Shown: piece after piece, positions 1-7,746 of the stretch
Position numbering within the stretch: the first letter of the stretch is position 1
How the letters are laid out: the number at the start of each line of letters is the position of its first letter
From: a virus
Lineage: Duplodnaviria; Heunggongvirae; Uroviricota; Caudoviricetes
Strand: one strand, 5' to 3'
Length of the DNA: 8,823 nt
IMG/VR virus record: IMGVR_UViG_2713896788_000033
Notes under the pieces: generated by a model
Told to the model about the DNA's origin: nothing
The model's input: the letters and a program-made list of their open reading frames with translations, nothing else
Database searches by the model: none
Translations under genes and position numbers: made by a program

Positions 1-1
1 G

Positions 2-214
2 CGGAAAAACGGTGCTGAAATTTATAACCGTACCGCGCTGGATAATACGCTGATTTACAGTGGTGTTATTGATATGCCTGCCGGTCACGGTCACATGACA
101 CTGGAGTTTTCGGTGTCAGCATGGCTGGTAAATAACTGGTATCCCACAGCAAGTATCAGCGATTTGCTGGTTGTGGTGATGAAGAAAGCCACTGCAGGCA
201 TCACGATTAGCTGA
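2..214 (+). CDS. J: 3' end of tail-tip / host-specificity protein J (partial, start lies upstream of the window)
   Basis: Frame 2 is open from the window edge to TGA at 212-214 and encodes ...[64 protein letters not shown]. From memory this resembles the C-terminus of lambda J, and it sits directly upstream of lom as in lambda. Family assignment is recollection, not a search. Confidence 0.7.
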   Translation, partial: RKNGAEIYNRTALDNTLIYSGVIDMPAGHGHMTLEFSVSAWLVNNWYPTASISDLLVVVMKKATAGITIS

Positions 215-230
215 ATTTTATAACCCAGAT

Positions 231-258
231 ACGGGCGCCAGAAATGGCGCCTTTTTTA
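231..258 (+). terminator. Rho-independent terminator-like hairpin between J and lom
   Basis: GGCGCC (232-237), 6-nt loop, GGCGCC (244-249), followed by TTTTTTATT (250-258). Confidence 0.5.
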
Positions 259-281
259 TTGCAGAAAAGCGAGAGGTAATT

Positions 282-881
282 ATGCGTAAATTATGTGCTG
301 TTATTTTGTCCGCAGTAGTCTGGCAGGTCGCCGCTGCTACGCCAGCGAGTGCAGCAGAACATCAGTCCACGCTGAGCGCGGGGTATCTCCATGCCTCGAC
401 GAACGTTCCCGGTAGTGATGATCTGAACGGGATTAACGTGAAATACCGTTATGAGTTTATGGACGCGCTGGGGCTGATTACGTCCTTCAGTTATGCCAAT
501 GCTGAGGATGAGCAAAAAACGCGCTACAGCGATACCCGCTGGCATGAAGATTCCGTGCGTAACCGCTGGTTCAGCGTGATGGCGGGGCCGTCTGTACGCG
601 TGAATGAATGGTTCAGCGCGTATGCGATGGCGGGTGTGGCTTACAGCCGTGTGTCGACTTTCTACGGGGATTATCTCCGCGTAACTGACAACAAGGGGAA
701 AACGCACGATGTGCTGACCGGAAGTGATGACGGTCGCCACAGCAACACGTCTCTGGCGTGGGGGGCTGGCGTGCAGTTTAACCCGACCGAATCCGTGACC
801 ATTGACCTTGCTTATGAAGGTTCCGGTAGTGGCGACTGGCGATCGGATGCATTTATTGTTGGTATCGGATACCGTTTCTGA
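282..881 (+). CDS. lom: Lom-family (Ail/PagC/OmpX-like) outer membrane beta-barrel protein, a lambdoid prophage moron
   Basis: 199-aa ORF with SD GAGAGG at 271-276. N-terminal signal peptide MRKLCAVILSAVVWQVAAATPASA|AE. Alternating aromatic/hydrophobic beta-strand pattern and C-terminal ...IVGIGYRF typical of small outer-membrane barrels. Position immediately after J matches lambda lom. Confidence 0.9.
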   Translation: MRKLCAVILSAVVWQVAAATPASAAEHQSTLSAGYLHASTNVPGSDDLNGINVKYRYEFMDALGLITSFSYANAEDEQKTRYSDTRWHEDSVRNRWFSVMAGPSVRVNEWFSAYAMAGVAYSRVSTFYGDYLRVTDNKGKTHDVLTGSDDGRHSNTSLAWGAGVQFNPTESVTIDLAYEGSGSGDWRSDAFIVGIGYRF

Positions 882-986
882 CAACAGACGCCGATTTATC
901 TTCTGTAAATATTGTTATGATACGCAGGTTCATCCACCTTATGGGGTGAACTGCGTTTGAGGAAACGTAAAGTTACACTGTCCTGA

Positions 987-1018
987 AGCCCGTGGCGTCA
1001 CTGCTGCGGGCTTTTTTT
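987..1018 (+). terminator. Terminator-like hairpin downstream of lom
   Basis: AGCCCG (987-992), 14-nt loop, CGGGCT (1007-1012), then a T-run (1012-1018). The long loop makes this weaker than the others. Confidence 0.35.
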
Positions 1019-1032
1019 ATTGGTGGAAAAGT

Positions 1033-1299
1033 ATGACAGTAAAAATTTCTGGCGTGCTTAAAGATGGCACAGGAAAACCAGTACAGAACTGCACCATTGT
1101 GCTGAAGGCCAGACGAACCAGCAGCACGGTGGTGGTGAACACGGTGGCCTCTGAAAATCCGGATGAAGCCGGACGTTACAGCATGGATGTTGAGTACGGT
1201 CAGTACAGCGTCATTCTGTTGGTGGAGGGATTTCCTCCGTCACATGCCGGGACCATCACCGTGTATGAAGATTCTCAACCCGGTACGCTGAATGATTTT
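1033..1299 (+). pseudogene. 5' fragment of a side tail fibre gene (stf N-terminal domain, 89 codons), truncated by the assembly gap
   Basis: [92 protein letters not shown] runs into the N-run. It is roughly 90-93% identical at the nucleotide level (by eye) to 1420-1686 of the full stf, so it is a diverged paralogous copy, not an exact duplicate. Confidence 0.7.
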
Positions 1300-1349
1300 N
1301 NNNNNNNNNNNNNNNNNNNNNNNNNNNNNNNNNNNNNNNNNNNNNNNNN
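1300..1349. other. Assembly gap (50 N)
   Basis: Run of n characters; true length and content unknown. Confidence 0.99.
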
Positions 1350-1381
1350 TTCTGATTAGCCAGGTAACACAGTGTTATGAC

Positions 1382-1409
1382 AGCCCGCCGGTTCAGGCGG
1401 GCTTTTTTG
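1382..1409 (+). terminator. Terminator-like hairpin immediately upstream of stf
   Basis: AGCCCGCC (1382-1389), loop GGTTCAG, GGCGGGCT (1397-1404), then TTTTTT (1404-1409). It ends about 10 bp before the stf SD and start. Confidence 0.5.
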
Positions 1410-1419
1410 TGGGGTGAAT

Positions 1420-4335
1420 ATGGCAGTAAAGATTTCAGGTGTACTGAAAGACGGCACAGGAAAACCGGTAGAGAACTGCACCATTCAACTGAAAGCCAGA
1501 CGTAACAGCGCCACGGTGGTGGTGAACACGGTGGCCTCTGAAAATCCGGATGAAGCCGGTCGTTACAGCATGGACGTTGAGTACGGTCAGTACAGCGTNA
1601 TTCTGTTGGTGGAAGGNTTCCCGCCGTCACATGCCGGGACCATCACCGTGTATGAAGATTCTCAACCCGGTACGCTGAATGATTTTCTTGGTGCCATGAC
1701 TGAGGATGATGTCCGTCCGGAGGCACTGCGCCGTTTTGAGCTGATGGTGGAAGAGGTGGCGCGTAACGCGTCCGCGGTGGCACAGAACACGGCAGCCGCG
1801 AAGAAGTCAGCCAGCGATGCCAGCACATCAGCCCGTGAGGCGGCAACCCATGCGACTGATGCTGCGGACTCAGCACGCGCAGCCAGCACGTCAGCCGGAC
1901 AGGCCGCGTCGTCGGCTCAGTCAGCGTCTTCCAGCGCAGGAACGGCATCAACAAAGGCTACTGAAGCATCAAAAAGTGCTGCCGCTGCAGAGTCCTCAAA
2001 AAGCGCGGCGGCTACCAGTGCCGGTGCGGCGAAAACGTCAGAAACGAATGCGGCAGTGTCACAACAATCAGCCGCCACTTCTGCATCCACCGCGACCACG
2101 AAAGCGTCAGAAGCTGCCTCCTCAGCCAGGGATGCGTCGGCTTCAAAAGAGGCGGCAAAATCATCAGAAACGAGCGCAGCCTCGAGCGCCAGTAGTGCAG
2201 CCTCCTCGGCAACGGCGGCAGGCAATTCCGCGAAGGCGGCCAAAACGTCTGAGACAAACGCTAAGTCCTCTGAAACGGCAGCAGAACAGAGTGCCTCCGC
2301 AGCAGCAGGCTCAAAAACAGCGGCTGCATTATCTGCCAGTGCCGCGTCAACAAGTGCCGGGCAGGCCTCAGCCAGTGCCACCGCCGCCGGAAAATCGGCA
2401 GAAAGTGCCGCATCGTCTGCTTCAACAGCCACAACGAAGGCTGGCGAAGCCACTGAACAGGCCAGCGCAGCAGCGAGTTCTGCTTCCGCAGCGAAGACAT
2501 CCGAAACGAACGCGAAAGCGTCGGAAACCAGCGCAGAATCCTCAAAAACGGCTGCCGCATCGTCAGCCAGTTCGGCGGCGTCATCGGCATCATCTGCGTC
2601 TGCTTCAAAAGATGAGGCGACCAGACAAGCGTCAGCAGCGAAGAGCAGCGCCACGACGGCATCCACGAAGGCGACAGAGGCAGCTGGTAGTGCGACGGCA
2701 GCAGCTCAGAGCAAAAGTACGGCGGAATCTGCAGCAACGCGCGCTGAGACAGCGGCAAAACGGGCAGAGGATATTGCATCCGCCGTGGCGCTTGAGGATG
2801 CGAGCACGACGAAAAAGGGGATAGTACAGCTCAGCAGTGCGACTAACAGCACTTCCGAGTCACTGGCGGCAACGCCAAAAGCCGTTAAGGCCGCGTATGA
2901 GCTGGCTAACGGGAAATACACCGCACAGGATGCAACGACAGCACAGAAAGGGATAGTTCAGCTTAGCAACGCGACCAACAGCACATCTGAAATGCTGGCG
3001 GCAACGCCAAAGTCGGTAAAGGCAGCCTATGACCTTGCTAACGGGAAATATACTGCTCAGGACGCTACGACAGCACAAAAAGGAATTGTCCAGCTCAGTA
3101 GTGCAACCAACAGCGCATCTGAAACGCTTGCCGCGACACCGAAAGCAGTGAAAGCAGCTAATGATAATGCGAATGGTCGGGTACCTTCTGCCCGTAAGGT
3201 GAATGGTAAGGCGCTTTCATCGGATATAACACTGACGCCGAAAGATATTGGTACGCTTAACTCAACAACAATGTCATTCAGCGGTGGTGCTGGTTGGTTC
3301 AAATTAGCAACGGTAACCATGCCACAGGCGAGTTCTGTTGTTTCAATTACGTTGATTGGTGGCGCGGGATTTAACGTGGGGTCACCTCAACAGGCAGGTA
3401 TATCTGAACTTGTTTTGCGTGCAGGTAATGGTAATCCGAAGGGGATTACTGGTGCTTTATGGCAGCGCACATCGACAGGGTTTACAAATTTTGCCTGGGT
3501 CAATACATCTGGTGATACTTACGATATTTACGTTGCAATCGGAAATTATGCGACTGGTGTAAATATTCAATGGGATTATACCAGTAATGCCAGCGTGACG
3601 ATTCATACGTCACCAGCATATTCTGCTAATAAGCCGGAAGGGTTAACGGACGGTACAGTTTATTCACTCTATACGCCATCAGAGCAGTTTTATCCGCCTG
3701 GCGCACCAATCCCGTGGCCATCAGATACCGTTCCGTCTGGCTATGCCCTGATGCAGGGGCAGACTTTTGACAAATCTGCATACCCGAAACTTGCAGCCGC
3801 TTATCCGTCAGGCGTGATCCCTGATATGCGTGGCTGGACGATTAAGGGCAAACCTGCCAGTGGTCGGGCCGTATTGTCTCAGGAACAGGACGGCATTAAA
3901 TCGCACACCCACAGCGCCAGCGCATCCAGTACGGATTTGGGGACGAAAACCACATCGTCGTTTGATTACGGCACTAAATCCACGAATAACACCGGGGCGC
4001 ACACGCACAGTGTGAGCGGTACAGCCGCAAGTGCCGGAAACCATACTCATAGTGTCACAGGCGCATCAGCAGTCAGCCAGTGGTCACAAAATGGGTCAGT
4101 ACATAAGGTAGTGTCTGCGGCCAGTGTGAATACAAGTGCTGCAGGAGCGCACACTCATAGTGTCAGCGGCACAGCTGCATCTGCAGGTGCTCACGCACAT
4201 ACTGTCGGTATTGGTGCTCATACGCACTCTGTTGCGATTGGCTCACATGGACACACCATCACCGTTAACGCTGCGGGTAACGCGGAAAACACTGTCAAAA
4301 ACATCGCATTTAACTACATTGTGAGGCTTGCATAA
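1420..4335 (+). CDS. stf: Side tail fibre protein (lambda Stf-like; distal part related to T4 gp37-type fibres)
   Basis: The track ORF starts at GTG 1414, but ATG 1420 preceded by GGGGTG is the likelier start. Conserved N-terminal domain [16 protein letters not shown]... Long Ala/Ser/Thr-rich low-complexity shaft. Three tandem 44-aa repeats [44 protein letters not shown]-terminal His-rich HxH repeats and terminal ...[22 protein letters not shown]. Contains ambiguous bases at 1599 and 1617. Stop TAA 4333-4335 overlaps the tfa start. Confidence 0.9.
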   Translation: MAVKISGVLKDGTGKPVENCTIQLKARRNSATVVVNTVASENPDEAGRYSMDVEYGQYSXILLVEXFPPSHAGTITVYEDSQPGTLNDFLGAMTEDDVRPEALRRFELMVEEVARNASAVAQNTAAAKKSASDASTSAREAATHATDAADSARAASTSAGQAASSAQSASSSAGTASTKATEASKSAAAAESSKSAAATSAGAAKTSETNAAVSQQSAATSASTATTKASEAASSARDASASKEAAKSSETSAASSASSAASSATAAGNSAKAAKTSETNAKSSETAAEQSASAAAGSKTAAALSASAASTSAGQASASATAAGKSAESAASSASTATTKAGEATEQASAAASSASAAKTSETNAKASETSAESSKTAAASSASSAASSASSASASKDEATRQASAAKSSATTASTKATEAAGSATAAAQSKSTAESAATRAETAAKRAEDIASAVALEDASTTKKGIVQLSSATNSTSESLAATPKAVKAAYELANGKYTAQDATTAQKGIVQLSNATNSTSEMLAATPKSVKAAYDLANGKYTAQDATTAQKGIVQLSSATNSASETLAATPKAVKAANDNANGRVPSARKVNGKALSSDITLTPKDIGTLNSTTMSFSGGAGWFKLATVTMPQASSVVSITLIGGAGFNVGSPQQAGISELVLRAGNGNPKGITGALWQRTSTGFTNFAWVNTSGDTYDIYVAIGNYATGVNIQWDYTSNASVTIHTSPAYSANKPEGLTDGTVYSLYTPSEQFYPPGAPIPWPSDTVPSGYALMQGQTFDKSAYPKLAAAYPSGVIPDMRGWTIKGKPASGRAVLSQEQDGIKSHTHSASASSTDLGTKTTSSFDYGTKSTNNTGAHTHSVSGTAASAGNHTHSVTGASAVSQWSQNGSVHKVVSAASVNTSAAGAHTHSVSGTAASAGAHAHTVGIGAHTHSVAIGSHGHTITVNAAGNAENTVKNIAFNYIVRLA
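2815..3210 (+). repeat. Three in-frame tandem repeats of 132 bp (44 aa) inside stf (phage tail fibre repeat)
   Basis: Repeat units begin at 2815, 2947 and 3079, a period of exactly 132 bp. Peptide units are [88 protein letters not shown] and [28 protein letters not shown]..., the third diverging after about 3160. Confidence 0.9.
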
Positions 4336-4916
4336 TGGCATTCAGAATGAGTGAACAACCACGGACCATAAAAATTTATAATCTGCTGACCGGAACTAAT
4401 GAATTTATTGGTGAAGGTGACGCATATATTCCGCCTCATACAGGTCTGCCAGCAAACAGTACCTATATTGCACCGCCAGATATTCCGGCTGGCTTCGTGG
4501 CTGTTTTCAACAGTGATGAGTCATCGTGGCATCTCGTTGAAGATCATCGGGGTAAAACGGTTTATGACGTGGCTTCCGGCGACGCGTTATTTATTTCTGA
4601 ACTCGGCTCATTACCGGAAAATGTTACCTGGTTATCGCCGGAAGGGGAGTTTCAGAAGTGGAACGGCACAGCCTGGGTGAAAGATGCAGAAGCAGAAAAA
4701 CTGTTCCGGATCCGGGAGGCGGAAGAAACAAAAAACAGCCTGATGCAGGTAGCCAGTGAGCATATTGCGCCACTTCAGGATGCTGTAGATCTGGAAATCG
4801 CAACGGAGGAAGAAGCCTCATTGCTGGAAGCCTGGAAAAAGTATCGGGTGTTGCTGAACCGTGTTGATACATCAACTGCACCTGATATTGAGTGGCCTGT
4901 AATACCTGAAGTTTAA
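4335..4916 (+). CDS. tfa: Tail fibre assembly protein (Tfa; chaperone for the Stf tip, T4 gp38-related C-terminal domain)
   Basis: 193-aa ORF whose ATG (4335-4337) overlaps the stf stop as TAATG, the classic stf-tfa coupling. Its C-terminal segment ...[37 protein letters not shown] is the conserved Tfa C-terminal domain and recurs in the fragment at 8577-8696. Confidence 0.85.
   Translation: MAFRMSEQPRTIKIYNLLTGTNEFIGEGDAYIPPHTGLPANSTYIAPPDIPAGFVAVFNSDESSWHLVEDHRGKTVYDVASGDALFISELGSLPENVTWLSPEGEFQKWNGTAWVKDAEAEKLFRIREAEETKNSLMQVASEHIAPLQDAVDLEIATEEEASLLEAWKKYRVLLNRVDTSTAPDIEWPVIPEV
4754..4874 (+). repeat. Left copy of an approximately 120-bp direct repeat (tfa 3' end) bracketing the cargo
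   Basis: Hand alignment of 4754-4874 against 8577-8696 gives about 13 mismatches in 120 bp with no indels (about 89% identity). Confidence 0.8.
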
Positions 4917-4921
4917 AATAA

Positions 4922-4947
4922 AAGCCCGCTTAAAATATCGCGGGCTT
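4922..4947. terminator. Hairpin between convergent tfa (+) and katN-like (-) genes; possible bidirectional terminator
   Basis: GCCCGC (4924-4929), 10-nt loop, GCGGGC (4940-4945). It is flanked by an A-run on the 5' side (4914-4922), which is a U-run for the minus-strand transcript, and only a short TT on the + side. Confidence 0.45.
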
Positions 4948-5035
4948 CGAAATATAAATGTATTTTCAGAGGCTAGAGCTTAGGATATCTCAGCGGCAAT
5001 TAACTTATGAGGGATAGCTAAATACCAGAAGATAA

Positions 5036-5926
5036 TTAGTTTTTACTATTTATCTTTGTTTGTGGTTCTCCTTCAGCAAGCTCAGCGCCAGTGACAGGAT
5101 TGATGTCTTCATGGGATTTCAACCTTGTTGCCATAGCTTTTATCATAGCTTCTTGCTTGGTCGAAAGATTTATCGAGGCCTTCCCATCCCCACCGTCAAC
5201 CGCTGAAACTGGATCGGAAACATAGTCAAAGTTTTCATCACTGTTCCAACTACCTCTGACGTCTTCACCTTCTGACATGTTGTAATATACGTTTTTGTAT
5301 TTCTCAAGTGGTGGTAATTTTCCTGGTGGAAAGGTGTTACGAATTGAATGTAATGCTTTTTCAAATGAAAGCATGTGTGCTGCTTCCCGGGTCATTAAAA
5401 ATGCCAGAGTGTCTTTTACTCCAGGATCATCAGTAACATTAATGAGACGTTCGTAAATGATCTTTGCCCGAGCTTCAGCTGCAATATTTGAACGAAGATC
5501 GGCCGTGACTTCGCCAATAGTATCAACATAAGCTGCAGTCCAGGGTACTCCAGCTGAATTAGTTAATGCTGGGCCTCCTCCGTAGAGGAGAGAAGTTATA
5601 TGGCTATCATTGCCATTTTGAGTTAAGGAACGGTAAAGCTCAGCTTCATTCTCAGTTCCTTCAGCAAGTGCTCCTTTTGCACCTTTGTTGAGCATACCAA
5701 CAAGAGAACCAATAATTTCGAGATGACTTAGTTCTTCTGTTGCTATGTCCATCAGCATATCCCTTCGGCCTGCATCTTCATCACTTAAGCCTTGAGTGAA
5801 GTATCGGCATGCTGCTGCAAGCTCACCCTGTGGCCCACCGAATTGTTCTAAGAGTAGATTAGCCAAGCCTGGGTTTGGCTCACTTACACGTACTGTATAT
5901 TGAAGTTTTTTCACGTGTCTAAACAT
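5036..5926 (-). CDS. katN: Manganese (non-haem) catalase, KatN-like
   Basis: 296-aa ORF with a strong SD (GAGGAGG, reverse complement of 5930-5936) 4 nt before the ATG. N-terminus MFRHVKKLQYTVRVSEPNPGLANLLLEQFGGPQGELAAACRYF and two ExxH motifs (TEELSHLE, TREAAHML) match the dimanganese-site signature of the Mn-catalase family. It is the last gene of a yciG-yciF-yciE-katN arrangement like the one known in Salmonella. Confidence 0.8.
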   Translation of the reverse strand: MFRHVKKLQYTVRVSEPNPGLANLLLEQFGGPQGELAAACRYFTQGLSDEDAGRRDMLMDIATEELSHLEIIGSLVGMLNKGAKGALAEGTENEAELYRSLTQNGNDSHITSLLYGGGPALTNSAGVPWTAAYVDTIGEVTADLRSNIAAEARAKIIYERLINVTDDPGVKDTLAFLMTREAAHMLSFEKALHSIRNTFPPGKLPPLEKYKNVYYNMSEGEDVRGSWNSDENFDYVSDPVSAVDGGDGKASINLSTKQEAMIKAMATRLKSHEDINPVTGAELAEGEPQTKINSKN

Positions 5927-5944
5927 AATGCCTCCTCAAAAGAA

Positions 5945-6451
5945 TTATTTTTTGGCTTCAACTCCATCAATTTCAGATCTGACCATGAATTGCTCAGTGG
6001 TGTCAGGAATATGGTTAAGAAGCCATTCAGCCATTTGTTTTTCTTCATTAAGAATTGCTTCAATAATGGGTACTGAAGCTGTATCACCCGCATTTTTGGC
6101 TGCTGCGAGAAGAGATGTGTAACACGCAATTTCAAATTGTTCGAACACATAGCCACTGATCGAACCTTTGACAATTTCATCAGATGGAAAAATTCCACCA
6201 ATGGATTGTCCAAACGCGGCCATTTTACTCATAGAGTCTTTAATGACAGAGCGCGAAATATTATTACGATCAAGTATGCTTTCAAGCTGTGAAAGCTGGT
6301 TCTTTGTTTCGCTAATGTGCTGCTCAATTCTGGAACGTAACTCAGGATAGTTTTCTATCCGGCTGGCCATAGACTCAAGCATTTTTTCAGCTTGTTTTTC
6401 CATCGCATGTGCATCACGAAGCCAGTCATGGTAATGTTCAATTCTATTCAT
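5945..6451 (-). CDS. yciE: DUF892 ferritin-like stress protein, YciE-like
   Basis: 168-aa ORF with SD AGGA upstream (reverse complement of about 6456-6462). N-terminus MNRIEHYHDWLRDAHAMEKQAEKML carries the DUF892 motif (D-x-[YH]-x-[AM]-E-K-Q). Gene order matches yciGFE. Confidence 0.8.
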   Translation of the reverse strand: MNRIEHYHDWLRDAHAMEKQAEKMLESMASRIENYPELRSRIEQHISETKNQLSQLESILDRNNISRSVIKDSMSKMAAFGQSIGGIFPSDEIVKGSISGYVFEQFEIACYTSLLAAAKNAGDTASVPIIEAILNEEKQMAEWLLNHIPDTTEQFMVRSEIDGVEAKK

Positions 6452-6487
6452 AATCTGTTTATCCTAAAAGAAATTGAAGTCTATAGT

Positions 6488-6988
6488 TCAGGAGTTATCC
6501 TGAGCTTTTTTATTAACGTTATTAAATGCCAGGTCTGTTAATTTGACATCAGTAGCTTTTTCCTCTTCCAGTGTTTCTTTCAGGAGTTTAGCCGCTTTTT
6601 TATATCCTAATTGCTCAGCGAGTGTTACCAAAGTGCCATAACTGGCAATTTCATAGTGCTCTACTTTTTGTGCTGCAGCAATCAATGCAGCATCACGTAC
6701 TTCATTTTTATCAGTGCTTTCAATTACCTCATTCGCCTCTTCGATAAGTCCTTCCATTGCGGCACACTTAATTCTTTTCAATTTAAGACCATCTTCAGAA
6801 TCAACAACCTGATCGATGCGTTCAATTTGACCATGTGTCTCATCAAGATGTGACTGAAAAGCAGCGGTTAATTTATCACTATATGCAGAGCGACTAAGTT
6901 TAGACAGTGCCTTTGTTAGTTGTTTCTCAGCGCTGTATGTATCCGATAATAAGTGGATGAAGATATCTTCAACAGATTTAATTTGCAT
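6488..6988 (-). CDS. yciF: DUF892 ferritin-like stress protein, YciF-like
   Basis: The track ORF starts at GTG 6994 (MIMQIK...), but ATG 6988 preceded by GGAG with a 5-nt spacer is the likelier start (MQIKSVEDIFIHLLSDTYSAEKQLTKAL...). It carries the DUF892 motif LSDTYSAEKQ and is a paralogue of the adjacent YciE-like gene. Confidence 0.8.
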   Translation of the reverse strand: MQIKSVEDIFIHLLSDTYSAEKQLTKALSKLSRSAYSDKLTAAFQSHLDETHGQIERIDQVVDSEDGLKLKRIKCAAMEGLIEEANEVIESTDKNEVRDAALIAAAQKVEHYEIASYGTLVTLAEQLGYKKAAKLLKETLEEEKATDVKLTDLAFNNVNKKAQDNS

Positions 6989-7006
6989 AATCACTCCAGA
7001 GTTTTC

Positions 7007-7030
7007 ACTGCGAGCCCGTAGGCTCGCAGT
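7007..7030 (-). promoter_or_regulatory. Perfect 10-bp stem / 4-nt loop hairpin in the yciG-yciF intercistronic region
   Basis: ACTGCGAGCC (7007-7016), loop CGTA, GGCTCGCAGT (7021-7030). No U-run follows on the transcribed (minus) strand, so it looks like an intra-operon processing or stability element or a partial attenuator, not a full terminator. Confidence 0.5.
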
Positions 7031-7066
7031 TAGCTTCAGTTATTCACGAATGTAGGGGGTGATAAA

Positions 7067-7249
7067 TTAAGAGTCAGATTTACGGCCGCCACCATGGCTA
7101 TTCTGACCACCTTTTTTCCCTGCTTCTGATGCTCTTTGTGGATCGTTTTTAAAATTACCGCCACTATGTTGGCCGCCTTTACGACCAGCGTCAGAAGCTT
7201 TTTGTCGATCTTCAGCGAAATTACCTGCACCGCCACGATGTTCGGTCAT
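7067..7249 (-). CDS. yciG: KGG-repeat general stress protein, YciG-like
   Basis: 60-aa Gly/Lys-rich ORF MTEHRGGAGNFAEDRQKASDAGRKGGQHSGGNFKNDPQRASEAGKKGGQNSHGGGRKSDS with two KGG-type repeats (GRKGGQHSGGNF, GKKGGQNSHGG). SD GAGGAGAA (reverse complement of 7255-7262) precedes the ATG. First gene of the operon. Confidence 0.75.
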   Translation of the reverse strand: MTEHRGGAGNFAEDRQKASDAGRKGGQHSGGNFKNDPQRASEAGKKGGQNSHGGGRKSDS

Positions 7250-7272
7250 ATCATTTCTCCTCTGATTTTCAA

Positions 7273-7299
7273 ATTGTAAATAACATGTGCCTTGTCAGC
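7273..7299 (-). promoter_or_regulatory. Candidate promoter for the yciG-like operon (minus strand)
   Basis: On the minus strand: -35-like CTGACA (reverse complement of 7294-7299), about 15 bp spacer, -10-like TACAAT (reverse complement of 7273-7278), about 25 nt upstream of the yciG ATG. The spacer is short, so a stationary-phase sigma-factor-type promoter with a degenerate -35 is plausible. Prediction by eye only. Confidence 0.3.
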
Positions 7300-7746
7300 A
7301 CCCAATTAACTCTAGTAACAAATAAGAAAGTGTCAAATAAGAGATTGGTATGCGCATCTTAATGTGAGAAATAGCAATTGTAAAAATGTGTACTCAGTGA
7401 GTATAATCTGTTGATATCTTGGTGATTAACGGAAAGTTTAGGTTGTAACTCAAAAGATTAATAAATCTAAATTTACATTTCTATATCTTTTGATGTGTAT
7501 GGCGTTGTTTTTCTCAATCAGAACATTCTAAAAAATAATTTAATTACACGGCGGTAGTTGTTAATGTTTTTACGACTCTTCCTAATGAAGTCTGTTTCTT
7601 GGATAAATAGAGAAATTTTATCTTAAGGACTAATTACAAAAACATCTATATAGCCACAGGAATCATTATTGTACTTAACTACAATATTTGAGAGTAAAAA
7701 TTAAACCGCAGACACGGCGTATGCAAGAACGTGCTGCGGTTGGATG

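Noticed and set aside
291-884. 197-aa minus-strand ORF antisense to lom
   Set aside because: It overlaps the lom frame completely, has no SD and no recognisable features. The lom frame has a signal peptide and outer-membrane barrel features.
1256-1630. 124-aa minus-strand ORF spanning the N-gap
   Set aside because: It is translated through the 50-N gap (X residues) and is antisense to both stf copies, so it is an artefact.
1817-2824. 335-aa + strand ORF (Arg/Pro/Gln-rich) and the minus-strand ORFs 1917-2666, 2261-2779, 2012-2257, 1643-1954 and 1662-1889 overlapping stf
   Set aside because: All lie inside the stf Ala/Ser/Thr-rich shaft. Their low-complexity compositions are what alternative frames of GCN/TCN-rich DNA produce. 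The stf frame is the only one with recognisable tail-fibre domains and continuity from a conserved N-terminus to a conserved C-terminus.
4399-4881. ORFs 4399-4680 (+) and 4624-4881 (-) inside tfa; also 3808-4050 (-), 3830-4015 (+), 4136-4324 (+), 3356-3562 (+), 2706-2921 (-), 2860-3078 (-), 3057-3320 (-) inside stf
   Set aside because: Alternative-frame ORFs within well-supported genes. No ribosome-binding sites or recognisable motifs.
5911-6213. Small ORFs overlapping the yci/katN genes (5911-6213 -, 5928-6122 +, 6168-6350 +, 6611-6853 +, 5170-5364 -, 7036-7236 -)
   Set aside because: They are embedded in, or antisense to, the better-supported katN, yciE, yciF and yciG frames, which have SDs and family motifs. 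No independent start signals.
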